Shown here: piece by piece, positions 37,778 to 47,751 of the stretch | Layout of the letters: each line of letters opens with the position of its first letter | Numbering within the stretch: position 1 is the first letter of the stretch | Translations under genes and position numbers: made by a program | The notes under the pieces: generated by a model | What the model saw: only the letters and a program-made list of their open reading frames with translations | The model's database searches: none | What the model was told of the DNA's origin: nothing | NCBI GenBank assembly: GCA_043809585.1 | Contig: JBDROZ010000012.1 | Location: forward strand, 1 to 51,385 | DNA length: 51,385 bases | Direction of reading: 5' to 3' | Origin: Candidatus Eiseniibacteriota bacterium | Lineage (GTDB): Bacteria; Orphanbacterota; Orphanbacteria; Orphanbacterales; Orphanbacteraceae

Positions 37778-39667
37778 GTGATGACCGTGAAGAAGATCAT
37801 GCCCGTGCTCGGAATCGCGCTGGTCCTCGCGTCCGTCGCCCACGGCGCCGACCGGCCCCTGACGGACGAGGAGGTCCGGAACCTGGTCGTGAACGCCCCC
37901 TCCGAGAAGGAACGGCCGGGGGAGGACGGCCTCGTTCTCTTCGATGGAATCTTCTCCGACTTCGCGAACGGGAAGGCGAATGTGCGCCGCCAGCGGCTGA
38001 TCAAGATCTACACGGAGTGGGCGGACGAGCACCTCGGCGACCCGAGGATCTCCTGGGACCGGAGCCGGCAGGAACCGATCATCCACGCCAGCCGGACCTA
38101 CTTCACCGACGGGACCTTCGTCGACTCTCCCGAGAACGCCTTCAACGACGTGACGCCGGACGGCCTCGATTTGGCGGTGGACCACATCGACATCCGGGAG
38201 ATGGTGGTGACCCGCATCGGCCTGGAGCCGGGGGTCGCCGTCTTTCTCGATTACACGATCCGCGACACGGAAGAGAGCCCCGTGCCGTTTCAGGCGCTCC
38301 ACTTCCTGCACGGAGAGTTCCCCGCCCTCCGGAAGGTGATCGTCGCCGAGGGGCTTCACGGGGAGACCATGAACGTGCCCTCGTCGCTCTGGACGATTCC
38401 CCGGCCCGAGATGCGGGGGGACCGGCTGGTCTGGGAGGCGGAGAACCTCCCCGCCGCGCCGGAGACGATGTTCGGCCACGAGGGGGACATGCTCTCTTGG
38501 ATCGCGCTCTCGGAGACGGAGGATTGGAGCGGGGCGGTGCGGGGGCTCGCGGCGGATCTCGCCCTCTCGGCTTCGAAGCGGGAGTCCCTCGGTCCCCTTC
38601 TTCGAGAGGCGATGAAGAAGGAGCCGTTCCTCGGGACCAGAGACGCATTGAAGAGGATGGGCGCCCTCGTGAAGGATCGGATCGCCGAGGTGAGCTATGA
38701 ACCGTGGCGGTACATGGCGAAGCCCCGAACGGTGGACGAGGTGATCGCCCGCTCCTACGCGACGCCGGTGGAGGGGTGCGCCCTCCTCCTCGCCTGCTGC
38801 GAGGAGATGGGATTCCGGTCCCAGGTGATCGTCCCTTCCCGGTGGCGGTTCGTCAGTCCCTTCGTCCCCTCCTTCGAACTCCTCGGCGATCCGGTCCTCA
38901 TCGTGCAGGGGGAGGGAGGGGAGAAATGGTGGTGGACCCCGTCGTGCGGGTGCGTCGGCGCCGCTCCTCCTTTCGGCGAGGGGCACGAACTCTTCATCAT
39001 CGACGGCGACCGGGTGGCCCGGGACAAGATCCTCCACGAATCGGGCGAGGCCGGCCTCGCGGTCTACTGGGACCTCGAGGCGGGAGAGGGGCGCGTCTCC
39101 GGGACGTTCGCCGGCGCCGCCGCCGGGAAGATTGACGGGGAGGGGCCGGAGACGGCGGTTCGCGAGTGGCTCGAGGGATGGTGCGCCGGGGCGGAAGCGG
39201 GGAAGATCCGGATCCTCGAGGCGACGCCGAAGGGGTTCCGGTTCGAGGCGACGGTGACGGCGCCGCTCCCGGAGAAGGACGACCGGGGGTTCGTGGTCGT
39301 CGATCTGCCCGGCCTTCCCTTCGACGCCGCGAAGCTCCTTCCGGAGGGACCCGGTCTCGCGCGGAGCGGGTACGACGGCGTCCTCTTCGGGGAGGGGCCC
39401 GCGAAAGTGCACGTGAGCTGGAAAATCCGGCTCCCCGAGGATCACGAACTGGTCCGTGCGGGAAAGGCGGAAGTGCGGGGAGGGCGGGGCATCTTCTCGG
39501 TGAAGAGCGTGCTCGAGGACGACCTCCTCGGCGTGGATTACCGGCTGATTCACGAGGGGATGGAAGTCCCGCCGTCGGAGTACGCCGCCTACCGGGGCCT
39601 TCTCCTCGCCCTCGCCGACGCCCGCAACACCCGGATCGTCCTCCGGCCGCCCGCGGAGGATTCCTAG
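37778..39667 (+). CDS. Secreted DUF3857 protein with degenerate transglutaminase-like domain
   Basis: Signal peptide, same N-terminal architecture as the upstream gene; YATPVEGCALL replaces GxCxD and no NH motif is seen. The true start may be GTG 37787. Confidence 0.75.
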   Translation: MMTVKKIMPVLGIALVLASVAHGADRPLTDEEVRNLVVNAPSEKERPGEDGLVLFDGIFSDFANGKANVRRQRLIKIYTEWADEHLGDPRISWDRSRQEPIIHASRTYFTDGTFVDSPENAFNDVTPDGLDLAVDHIDIREMVVTRIGLEPGVAVFLDYTIRDTEESPVPFQALHFLHGEFPALRKVIVAEGLHGETMNVPSSLWTIPRPEMRGDRLVWEAENLPAAPETMFGHEGDMLSWIALSETEDWSGAVRGLAADLALSASKRESLGPLLREAMKKEPFLGTRDALKRMGALVKDRIAEVSYEPWRYMAKPRTVDEVIARSYATPVEGCALLLACCEEMGFRSQVIVPSRWRFVSPFVPSFELLGDPVLIVQGEGGEKWWWTPSCGCVGAAPPFGEGHELFIIDGDRVARDKILHESGEAGLAVYWDLEAGEGRVSGTFAGAAAGKIDGEGPETAVREWLEGWCAGAEAGKIRILEATPKGFRFEATVTAPLPEKDDRGFVVVDLPGLPFDAAKLLPEGPGLARSGYDGVLFGEGPAKVHVSWKIRLPEDHELVRAGKAEVRGGRGIFSVKSVLEDDLLGVDYRLIHEGMEVPPSEYAAYRGLLLALADARNTRIVLRPPAEDS

Positions 39668-39763
39668 GGGGAGGAGGCGGGCCGCCGAGGGGGCGGAGTG
39701 CGTTTCGATCGAAAGAGGGCGGGCCCCTTGGCCCGCCTTCGTTTTCCCTTCCCTCCCGGGTTC

Positions 39764-40537
39764 CTAACTCCCGCCCCCCGAATCCTTCCGGTTCATCGAA
39801 TCGAAGATCCCCTTGAACAGTTCGATCGGGATGGGGAAGAGGATGGTCGAGTTCTTCTCCGCCGAGACTTCCGTCAGCGTCTGGAGGTAGCGGAGCTGGA
39901 TCGCCACCGGCTCCACCGCCATGGTCCTCGCCGCGTCGGTCAGCCGGCCGGCCGCCTGGAACTCGCCGTCCGCGTGAATCACCTTCGCCCGCCGCTCCCG
40001 CTCCGCCTCCGCCTGCCGCGCGATGGCGCGCTGCATCTCGTGGGGCAGGTCGACGTCCTTCACCTCGACGGCCACCACCTTGATGCCCCACGGTTCGGTG
40101 CGCTCGTCGATGATCGTCTGGAGCTGCCTGTTGATCGCCTCCCGGTTCGCGAGGAGGTCGTCGAGTTCGTGCTCGCCGAGCACGCTCCGAAGCGTCGTCT
40201 GGGCGATCTGCGATGTCGCGAAGAGAAACTTCTCCACCGCGACGATCGCCCTTTGCGCGTCGATCACCTGAAAGTAGAGCACCGCGTTCACCTTGACGCT
40301 CACGTTGTCCCGGGTGATCACGTCCTGGGGGGGCACGTCCATGGCGAGTACCCGGAGCGAGACCTTCACCATCCGGTCGATGATCGGGATGAGAAGGATG
40401 AGGCCGGGGCCCTTCTGGCCCACCAGGCGCCCGAGCCGAAAGATCACGGCCCGCTCATACTCCCGGAGAACCCGGACGGCGCTCGCGAAGAGCATGAACA
40501 GGAGAAGGAGAATCACGAAGAGGGATGGTCCGAACAT
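39764..40537 (-). CDS. Slipin / SPFH (stomatin-like) protein
   Basis: [56 protein letters not shown]. Confidence 0.95.
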   Translation of the reverse strand: MFGPSLFVILLLLFMLFASAVRVLREYERAVIFRLGRLVGQKGPGLILLIPIIDRMVKVSLRVLAMDVPPQDVITRDNVSVKVNAVLYFQVIDAQRAIVAVEKFLFATSQIAQTTLRSVLGEHELDDLLANREAINRQLQTIIDERTEPWGIKVVAVEVKDVDLPHEMQRAIARQAEAERERRAKVIHADGEFQAAGRLTDAARTMAVEPVAIQLRYLQTLTEVSAEKNSTILFPIPIELFKGIFDSMNRKDSGGGS

Positions 40538-40538
40538 T

Positions 40539-41927
40539 TCATCCGTCCTTTCTCTGGGCGTCCGCCGGGCGAACGGTCAATACCAGGCCTTCCGCTCTTT
40601 CGACGATCACTCTCTCGCCCTCCTCGACGGGCGTCTTCGATTCGGCGGTCCAATGAGCGCCGCTCACGAAGACCTTCCCCCGCGGGTCGAGACGGGTCCG
40701 GGCCGTCCCGACCGCCCCCACCATCCCGCGCCTCCCCGTGGTCGGGGGCCTCCGCCGGACCCGAACCGCCATGAAGGTGGCGAACACGAAGAACGCCACC
40801 GTCACGAGCAGGGCCGGCACCACGACGGAGAGGGAGACCCGATAGAAGGGCTCGGGCGAGCGGAAGAGGAGGATCGAGCCGAGAGTGAGGGCCGCCACGC
40901 CCCCCGCGGAGAGCACTCCGTAGGTCGGCGTCAGCAGTTCGGCGACGAAGAAAACCACACCGAGTATCATCAGCATGAGCCCCGCGTAGTTGATGGAGAA
41001 GCTCTGGAGCGCGAAGAGCCCGAGGACGAGGCAGATCGCGCCGACGACGCCGGGGAGAACCGTCCCCGGCGAGGAGATCTCGAAGAAGAGTCCGTAGAAG
41101 CCGAGGAGCAGCAGGATGTACGCCACGTTCGGGTCGTTCAGGAAGGCGAGGAACCGGTAGCGCCTCCCCATGGGGAAGTCGTCGACCGAGGCGCCGGCGA
41201 GGCGGAGTTCCGTCTCCCCCTCCGTCGTCTTCACCCGGAGGCCGTCGAGCTTCTCGAAGAGTTCCGCCCGGTCCTTCGCGATGCAATCCGCGATGCCGAG
41301 CTCGAACGCCTCCCGGGCCGACGCGGACACGCTCTTCCGGACCGCGTCCTCCGCCCACTCGGGATCGCGCCCCCGTTCGGCGGCGATGCTCCGCACGTAG
41401 GCCACGGCGTCGTTCGTCGCCTTCTGAGTGATGGTCGAGTCCGCCTGCCCGCCGCCGCCGAGGTTGACCGGATGGGCGGCGCCCACGTTCGTCCCCGGCG
41501 CCATCGCCACGGCGTGGGAGGCGAGGGCGATGACGGCGCCGGCCGACGCCGCCCGGGACCCGCTGGGCGACACGTAGAGAATCACCGGCGCGGCGCTCCC
41601 CATGATCTCCTTGATGATGGCCCGCATCGCCGTGTCGAGGCCGCCCGGCGTGTCGATCTCGATCACCAGGGCGTCGTAGTCCCCCTCGTTCGCGGCGTCC
41701 ACGGCGTCGACGAAGTAGTTCGACGTCACCGTGCCGATGACGCCCTGGTACGCGACCCAGAGCACCCGGGGCGGAGAGCCGGGCGCCTCCTCATCCTCGG
41801 CGGCGCGCCGGTCGGGCGCGTCCTCTTCGGGGACCGCCGGCGGAGCGGGAAAGAGAAGGAGCCCGAAGAGACCGAGGACGGCCAGGGTTCGGCCGAGAGT
41901 TCGGAAGAGAAAGGGATGGCTCGCCAT
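40539..41927 (-). CDS. nfeD: NfeD membrane-bound serine protease (stomatin operon partner)
   Basis: [26 protein letters not shown] core, C-terminal OB fold; adjacent to slipin. Confidence 0.92.
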   Translation of the reverse strand: MASHPFLFRTLGRTLAVLGLFGLLLFPAPPAVPEEDAPDRRAAEDEEAPGSPPRVLWVAYQGVIGTVTSNYFVDAVDAANEGDYDALVIEIDTPGGLDTAMRAIIKEIMGSAAPVILYVSPSGSRAASAGAVIALASHAVAMAPGTNVGAAHPVNLGGGGQADSTITQKATNDAVAYVRSIAAERGRDPEWAEDAVRKSVSASAREAFELGIADCIAKDRAELFEKLDGLRVKTTEGETELRLAGASVDDFPMGRRYRFLAFLNDPNVAYILLLLGFYGLFFEISSPGTVLPGVVGAICLVLGLFALQSFSINYAGLMLMILGVVFFVAELLTPTYGVLSAGGVAALTLGSILLFRSPEPFYRVSLSVVVPALLVTVAFFVFATFMAVRVRRRPPTTGRRGMVGAVGTARTRLDPRGKVFVSGAHWTAESKTPVEEGERVIVERAEGLVLTVRPADAQRKDG

Positions 41928-42003
41928 GGCGTCTCCTCGCGAGAGAGGGTGCCGGGTTCCCCTCAGCTTAACCCCGCCCCCTCGTCACCGCAATGGCGCT
42001 CTT

Positions 42004-43329
42004 CTACCGGGGCAGGGCGATGCCCATGAATCGCCGAAAGATCGAAACCGCGAAGGAATCGGTCATGCCCGATACGAAGTCCGTGACGGGCAGAGTCTTC
42101 TCGTAGTCGCTCCCTTCCTCCCGGAAGAGGGCGGGCATCAGGACGCGGATCTTCTCGTGTTCCGGGCGGCCGGGACGAAGCGCGGCGGGTACGAACCGGT
42201 CGAGAAGGGCGCCGATCACCTCGTACCCGGCGATCTCGATCTCGAGCACCTCGTCGGCCCTGTAGCACCGGCGAACGACCAGGTCCGTGACGGCGTCGAT
42301 CTTCTCCTTCGACGGCACGACGGTCACGAGGCTTCGGTCGAATCCTCCCGAGAGGATTTCCCGCTCGTTCTTCAAGAATTCTTCCGCCACCTCCCGGACC
42401 AGGATGTCGATGGTGCGCGCCCGGAGATAGCCGATCGTCGACTTCCGCTCCTCGCCGTCCGACGGTCGCGGGTCTTCGCCCGGGGGGGCGATCGCCGTCA
42501 GGAGATCGTAGGCGTCGTCGAAGGCGACCTTGCCGAGCCGGAAACCGTCCTCGAGGTCGAGGATCTGATAACAGATGTCGTCCGCCGCTTCGACGAGGAA
42601 GGCGAGGGGGTGCCGGCACCAGCGGGAGTCCTTGCCGGAGAGGCGGAGAAGCCCGAGGGAATCCGCCGCCTCGGCGAAGAGGCCTTTTTCGCTCTGAAAG
42701 AAGCCGTGCTTCTTGCCGCTCCGCCGCCCGCCGGGGTCCTCCCGGAGGAGCGCCTCCCGGGGGTACTTGCTGAAGGCGCCGAGGGTGGCGTGGGTGAGCC
42801 GCATGCCCCCCCGCCCCTTCGCCATCTGAAGGCGCGTCAGGATCCGGAGGCCTTGGGCGTTTCCCTCGAAGCGGACGAAGTCCTCCCGCTCCGCGTCGGA
42901 GTAATCGGCGGCGGGCCGCCGGTTTCCGTCCCGGAACCAGTTCCGGATGGCGTCTTCGCCGGAGTGCCCGAAGGGGGGGTTGCCGATGTCGTGGGCGAGA
43001 CAGGCGGCGGCGACGATGTCGCCGAAGTCCCGGGCCGAATACGATTCGCCGAGGCCGTGGCGATTCACGATCTCCGCCCCCACGAGCACGCCGAGGCTTC
43101 GGCCGACGCAGCTCACCTCGAGGCTGTGGGTGAGCCGGGAGTGGACGTGGTCGTTCTCCGGCATCGGGAAGACCTGGGTCTTGTCGTGAAGCCGGCGGAA
43201 GGCGGAGGAGAAGACGATCCGGTCGTAGTCGCGCTGGAACTCGTTCCGCGCCGGGGACGGCGCGCTGCCGCCGCCGCCGCCGAGGCGCTCGGCGGTGAGG
43301 AGCTTCTCCCAGGACATGGATCCGGTCAT
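42004..43329 (-). CDS. dgt: Deoxyguanosinetriphosphate triphosphohydrolase (HD domain)
   Basis: RDYDRIVFSSAFRRL, HSRLTHSLEV, AHDIGNPPFGHSGE, FEGNAQ, EAADDICY, DFVSGMTD; start after GGAGG. Confidence 0.93.
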   Translation of the reverse strand: MTGSMSWEKLLTAERLGGGGGSAPSPARNEFQRDYDRIVFSSAFRRLHDKTQVFPMPENDHVHSRLTHSLEVSCVGRSLGVLVGAEIVNRHGLGESYSARDFGDIVAAACLAHDIGNPPFGHSGEDAIRNWFRDGNRRPAADYSDAEREDFVRFEGNAQGLRILTRLQMAKGRGGMRLTHATLGAFSKYPREALLREDPGGRRSGKKHGFFQSEKGLFAEAADSLGLLRLSGKDSRWCRHPLAFLVEAADDICYQILDLEDGFRLGKVAFDDAYDLLTAIAPPGEDPRPSDGEERKSTIGYLRARTIDILVREVAEEFLKNEREILSGGFDRSLVTVVPSKEKIDAVTDLVVRRCYRADEVLEIEIAGYEVIGALLDRFVPAALRPGRPEHEKIRVLMPALFREEGSDYEKTLPVTDFVSGMTDSFAVSIFRRFMGIALPR

Positions 43330-43485
43330 GGCGACCTCCCGCGCCCCGATTGTATCGGATGGGGGGCCCCGCGCAAAGACGCAAAGAGGGCGGAGACCCC
43401 GGAGGAATTCGTCGAAGCCCCGGCCCCCCATCTGGCTCTTCGCGCGCGATCTTTTGCGCTATAATGGCCGGGCGGAGGGAATACC

Positions 43486-44289
43486 GTGAAAGTGGTCATG
43501 ACCATCGCCGGGTCCGATTCGGGCGGGTGCGCGGGCATCCAGGCGGATCTGAAGGCGTTCGCCGCCATGGGCGTCTTCGGGACGTCGGTCATCACGGCGG
43601 TCACCGCCCAGAACACGACGGGTGTGACGGACATCCACGAGGTGCCGGCCGGCGCCGTGCGCGCCCAGATCCGCGCCCTTTTCGACGACTTCGAGATCGC
43701 CGCCGTCAAGACCGGCATGCTTCCATCGGCGGAGATCGTCGAGTGCGTCGCCGGCGAACTCGCCCTCGCGAAAGACCGCCCCCTCGTGGTCGACCCGGTC
43801 ATGATCGCCACGAGCCGGGCGGCCCTCATGAAGGAGGGGGCCCTCCCGGCTCTCATCGAGCGGCTCCTCCCGATGGCGACGCTCGTCACGCCGAACCTCC
43901 ACGAGGCGTCGGTCCTCTCGGGCCGGGAGGTGGTGGGGGAGGAGTCGGCGGTCGAGGCGGCCCGGGCGATCCGCGATCTCGGCCCCGCGGCGGTCCTCGT
44001 GAAGGGGGGGGACGCCACGGGGGACGAGGCGGTGGACATTCTCTTCGACGGCCGCGAGATCTTCCGCTTCCCGGCGCCCCGGATACGGACGAAGAACACC
44101 CACGGAACCGGGTGCGCCTACGCCTCCGCCATCGCCGCCCGCCTCGCCCTCGGCGAGTCGGTCTCCCGGGCCGTCAGGAACGGCAAGGCGTTCATCACCG
44201 AGGCGATCCGCGGCGGCATCGACGTCGGCCGCGGCCACGGCCCGACGAACCCGCTCTACTTCCTCCCCCCTTGGCGGGCGTCGGGGTAG
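43486..44289 (+). CDS. thiD: Hydroxymethylpyrimidine/phosphomethylpyrimidine kinase
   Basis: TIAGSDSGG.AGIQADLK, TAQNT, KTGML, VDPVM, TPNL.EA, THGTGC; TATAAT at 43460-43465. Confidence 0.95.
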   Translation: MKVVMTIAGSDSGGCAGIQADLKAFAAMGVFGTSVITAVTAQNTTGVTDIHEVPAGAVRAQIRALFDDFEIAAVKTGMLPSAEIVECVAGELALAKDRPLVVDPVMIATSRAALMKEGALPALIERLLPMATLVTPNLHEASVLSGREVVGEESAVEAARAIRDLGPAAVLVKGGDATGDEAVDILFDGREIFRFPAPRIRTKNTHGTGCAYASAIAARLALGESVSRAVRNGKAFITEAIRGGIDVGRGHGPTNPLYFLPPWRASG

Positions 44290-44329
44290 CCGCCGGTCCC
44301 GATCAACCAGGGAAGAGAGAGGAGCGCTC

Positions 44330-45355
44330 ATGCCCGCCCACAATTTCGCTCCCCCGAAGGGCGAACTTCACTACCTTCGCGTCGACTCGAAGGCGCTCCG
44401 GGGGAACCTCCTCGGCGATCCCCATGAGAGGACCGTCGCCGTCTATCTCGCCGAAGGGGTCCGGGAGGGGGAGGAGGCGCCCCTTCTCGTCGACCTCACC
44501 GGCTTCACCGGCAGCGGTCTCAAGCATCTTTCGTGGACTCTCTTCGGCGAGAGCGTCCCCCAGCGGATCGACCGGCTGATCCACGAGGGAAAGATGGGCC
44601 CCGTGGCGGCGGTCTTCCCCGACTGCTTCACCTCCCTCGGCGGCAACCAGTACATCGACTCGGCGGCCATGGGGAACTGGGCGGAGTTCCTGATCGACGA
44701 GATGATCCCCGCCGTGGAGGCCCGCTTCCCCGTGCGGAAGGGGCGGGCCCACCGGGGGGTGTTCGGCAAGTCGAGCGGCGGTTACGGGGCGATCGCCCAC
44801 GGTCTCCGATACCCGGACGCCTGGAACGCCGTGGCGTGCCACTCGGGGGACATGAACTTCGATCTCTGTTACCGGGCCGATTTTCCCAAGGTCTTGGACA
44901 CCCTCGCGAAGCACGGCGGCCACGTCGCCCCTTTCCTCTCCGAATTGGAGGGAAAGAAGAAGATCTCCGGCGACGACCTCCAGGTCCTCATGGCCCTCGC
45001 CATGGCGGCGACCTACGATCCCGACCCGTCGGCGCCGAGGGGCGTCCGCCTCCCCGTGGATCCCGAGACCTGCGAACTCAGCGAGGAGCGCTGGGCCCGC
45101 TGGCTCGAGCACGATCCTCTGCGGATGGTGCGGAAGCCGGAGTATCGCGGGAATCTCGGGAAGCTCGCCGGCCTCTACATCGACTGCGGTTCGAAGGACC
45201 AGTACGGGCTTCACTACGGCGCCCGCGCCTTCGTCCGGGAGCTCCGGGCGGCAGGAATCGACCACCGTTACGAGGAGTTCGACGACAATCACTCGTCCGT
45301 CGATTACCGGATGGACCTGTCGCTCCCCTATCTCTACGAGGCGCTGACGAAATGA
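44330..45355 (+). CDS. Alpha/beta-hydrolase, enterochelin-esterase-like
   Basis: GKSSGG nucleophile elbow, IDCG..D, DDNHS His. Confidence 0.85.
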   Translation: MPAHNFAPPKGELHYLRVDSKALRGNLLGDPHERTVAVYLAEGVREGEEAPLLVDLTGFTGSGLKHLSWTLFGESVPQRIDRLIHEGKMGPVAAVFPDCFTSLGGNQYIDSAAMGNWAEFLIDEMIPAVEARFPVRKGRAHRGVFGKSSGGYGAIAHGLRYPDAWNAVACHSGDMNFDLCYRADFPKVLDTLAKHGGHVAPFLSELEGKKKISGDDLQVLMALAMAATYDPDPSAPRGVRLPVDPETCELSEERWARWLEHDPLRMVRKPEYRGNLGKLAGLYIDCGSKDQYGLHYGARAFVRELRAAGIDHRYEEFDDNHSSVDYRMDLSLPYLYEALTK

Positions 45356-45471
45356 GACCCCCAGGCGAGAGGGGTGCGAGGCCCGTTCCTGATTCTCTGG
45401 ACACCGGCCCCGGGGTCGACTAGGTTTGAAACAAGGTCGGACGAACCAGATCCGCCCAGGAGGGGATACCG

Positions 45472-45975
45472 ATGGAAGAGATGGAAAAGAAAGAGGGCAC
45501 CGAACCGACCGGCGCGACCCCGCCGGAGAAGACGGAGGGCGCGGCGCGCCCGAAGGCGGACTTGACGAAACGGGCGATCGCCCTCGTGATCGACGGCGTG
45601 ATCTCCGGGCTTCTCGTCGGCATCTTCCGATTTGTCCCGTTCCTGAATCTCCTTCTCGGGGCGGCCTACATTCTCCTCCGGGACGGTCTTCCCATCGATT
45701 TCATGGCCGGCCGGTCCCTCGGCAAGAAGATCATGAAGATCCGGCCCGTCACGCAGACCGGCTCGCCCATGGATCTCGCCACCTCGGCGAAGCGCAACTG
45801 GATGTTCGCTCTCCCGACGGCTCTCCTCTTCATCCCGATTCTCGGATGGATCCTCATCCCGATCGTTTCGGTGGTCATCACGGTGGTCGAGATCTATCTG
45901 GTCGTGACGACGCCCGACGGCCGCCGTTGGGGGGACAAGTTCGCCGGAACCCAGGTCATCGACAGCGTCGAGTAG
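45472..45975 (+). CDS. RDD family membrane protein
   Basis: KRAIALVID, G.SLGKK.MK.R, RRWGDKFAGT.V. Confidence 0.88.
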   Translation: MEEMEKKEGTEPTGATPPEKTEGAARPKADLTKRAIALVIDGVISGLLVGIFRFVPFLNLLLGAAYILLRDGLPIDFMAGRSLGKKIMKIRPVTQTGSPMDLATSAKRNWMFALPTALLFIPILGWILIPIVSVVITVVEIYLVVTTPDGRRWGDKFAGTQVIDSVE

Positions 45976-46072
45976 CCCGGAACACCGTTCGGAGATACAC
46001 GGGGAAGGACGAAGCCCCCTCCGGCAATCAAACTGCAGGAGGCTTCAGAATTGCGAGTCCGGTGGATTTCGG

Positions 46073-46654
46073 CTACTTCCCCAGCAGCTTCTCATAGACC
46101 TTCTTCGAGTCGGCCCTGACCTTTTCGTGGATGCTCGTGCCGTGGGAGTCGATGGTGACGATCACGGGAAAGTCCTCGACCCGGATCACCCAGAAGGCCT
46201 CGGGCGTGCCGAACTCCTCGAGCTTGTGGACGTCCGTGACCTCCTTGACCGACCGGGCGATGGCGGTGCCGCACCCGCCGACGGCGTGGAAGTAGACGGC
46301 GCCGAACTTCCGGCACGCCTCCTTCGTCATCTCGCCCATGCCCCCCTTGCCGATCACGCCCCTCACGCCGTAGCTCTCGATCACTCTCCCTTGATAGGGC
46401 TCTTCCCTGGCGCTCGTGGTGGGGCCGGCGGCCACGAAGCTCCATCGGTCCCCTTCCTTTTTCACGACCGGGCCGCAGTGGTAGATCACGCCATCCTTCA
46501 GGAGGTGGTTCAGGAAGTCGGGGCGCTCCTCGACCATCAGCTTGTGCCCCGCGTCCCGGGCGGTGACCACCGTGCCGGAGAGAAGGACCGTGTCCCCCGC
46601 CTTCAGCGCCCGAATGTCCTTCTCCGAAATCGGTGTGGTGAGTTTGGAACTCAT
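46073..46654 (-). CDS. Fe-S class I fumarate hydratase / tartrate dehydratase family, beta subunit
   Basis: TARDAGH, IYHCGPV, AGPTTS, GKGGM, FG.PEA; the current start ATG lies inside element E2. Confidence 0.9.
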   Translation of the reverse strand: MSSKLTTPISEKDIRALKAGDTVLLSGTVVTARDAGHKLMVEERPDFLNHLLKDGVIYHCGPVVKKEGDRWSFVAAGPTTSAREEPYQGRVIESYGVRGVIGKGGMGEMTKEACRKFGAVYFHAVGGCGTAIARSVKEVTDVHKLEEFGTPEAFWVIRVEDFPVIVTIDSHGTSIHEKVRADSKKVYEKLLGK

Positions 46655-46823
46655 TTCAAAACCCCTTTCTGCTGTGGCCGGCTGCAGGGACGCCCCGCTT
46701 CGTACTCGGGCGAGAATGTCCTCACCGGCCCATCCAGGGCCGCCTCCGGGCATTCCCGCCCTCGATCCTCGCCGTCCGTCCCTTCGCTCACCCTCGCGAC
46801 GAAAGGGCTATTGAAATGAGTTC
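46647..46823 (-). mobile_element. 177 bp structured MITE-like element, copy E2
   Basis: Minus strand TA|GAACTCATTTCAATAGCCCTTTC...GAAAGGGGTTTTGAAATGAGTTC|CA; colinear with E1. Confidence 0.85.
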
Positions 46824-46830
46824 TAATCAT
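46651..46830 (-). CDS. 59-codon bridging ORF running through E2 from the presumed ancestral beta-subunit start
   Basis: GGAGG-N7-ATG ATT AGA ACT ... TTG AAA TGA, translated by hand with no internal stop; the TGA overlaps the ATG at 46654. Confidence 0.5.
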   Translation of the reverse strand: MIRTHFNSPFVARVSEGTDGEDRGRECPEAALDGPVRTFSPEYEAGRPCSRPQQKGVLK

Positions 46831-47695
46831 GGCGGACCTCCCCGTTGCAGAGAGTCATCGCCTTCCGCCGGCACGCCCAGCACATGTACGAGACGGCGAC
46901 GTAGAAGGTGGCCGGGTGCCGGTGCTGCTTTCCGACGAAGGCGCCGAGAACCGTGGTCTTCCCGCCGAATCCCATGGGGCCGATGCCGAGCTCGTTCAGT
47001 TCCCGGTGGAGCCGCTTTTCGAGGGCGTCGAGTTCGGGGTCCGGGTTCCGCGATCCCAGCTCCCGGAAGAACTGCTCCTTGGAGAGGAGGAAGGAGGTCG
47101 CCCGGTCGCCGCCGATGCCAACGCCGGCGATGCCCGGGGCGCATCCCATCCCCTGGGCTTTGAAGATCGCGTCGAGCACGCACTTTCGGACTCCCTCGAG
47201 GTCCCGGCCCGCGCCGAGCCCGCCGTCGGGGAGCTTGTACTGCGTGCCGACGTTTTCGCTTCCGCCCCCCTTCAGCATCAGCCTGACCTCGATCTCATCC
47301 TTCCGCCACGGCTTGAACGAGACGTAGGGGGCGTTCACGCCGATGTTGGTGCCCGTGTTCTTTCCGGTCACCGGGTCGACCGCGTTCGGGCGGAGGAGGA
47401 TCTCCTTGGTCGCCCTCTCCGCGGCCTTCTCGATCGCCTCCCGGAAGCGGATCGTGTCCGTCCCCACCGGGTGGTGGACGTAGAAGACGAGGGAGCCCGT
47501 GTCCTGGCAGATCGGCGTTCCGTTCTCCCGGGCCATCCGGACGTTGTCGAGAATGGCCCCGAAGGTGTTCGCCGGCGTGCTCCCTTCGGGTTCCCGGTCT
47601 TTCGCCCTCCGAAGCGCCCCCTCCACGTCCGCGGGGAGGTCGGTGGATGCGCTCCGGATCAGTTCGAACAGCCGGTCCACGAGTTTTTCGTTCAT
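46823..47695 (-). CDS. Fe-S class I fumarate hydratase / tartrate dehydratase family, alpha subunit
   Basis: PICQDTG, LRPN, KGGGSEN, GCAP, GIGPMGFGG, HPA, CWACR; start MNEKL after GAGG. Confidence 0.9.
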   Translation of the reverse strand: MNEKLVDRLFELIRSASTDLPADVEGALRRAKDREPEGSTPANTFGAILDNVRMARENGTPICQDTGSLVFYVHHPVGTDTIRFREAIEKAAERATKEILLRPNAVDPVTGKNTGTNIGVNAPYVSFKPWRKDEIEVRLMLKGGGSENVGTQYKLPDGGLGAGRDLEGVRKCVLDAIFKAQGMGCAPGIAGVGIGGDRATSFLLSKEQFFRELGSRNPDPELDALEKRLHRELNELGIGPMGFGGKTTVLGAFVGKQHRHPATFYVAVSYMCWACRRKAMTLCNGEVRHD

Positions 47696-47751
47696 GGTCG
47701 CACCTCGGTGAAGGTGAATAGGATCCCCGTTTCTCGCGATGTCCCTCGACA

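Noticed and set aside
42004-43329. dGTPase as an anti-phage defence gene
   Set aside because: Host-like GC and housekeeping neighbours; no defence-island context.
46655-46753. N-terminal extension MPGGGPG... of the fumarase beta ORF
   Set aside because: Lies entirely inside element E2; family similarity begins at KLTTP.
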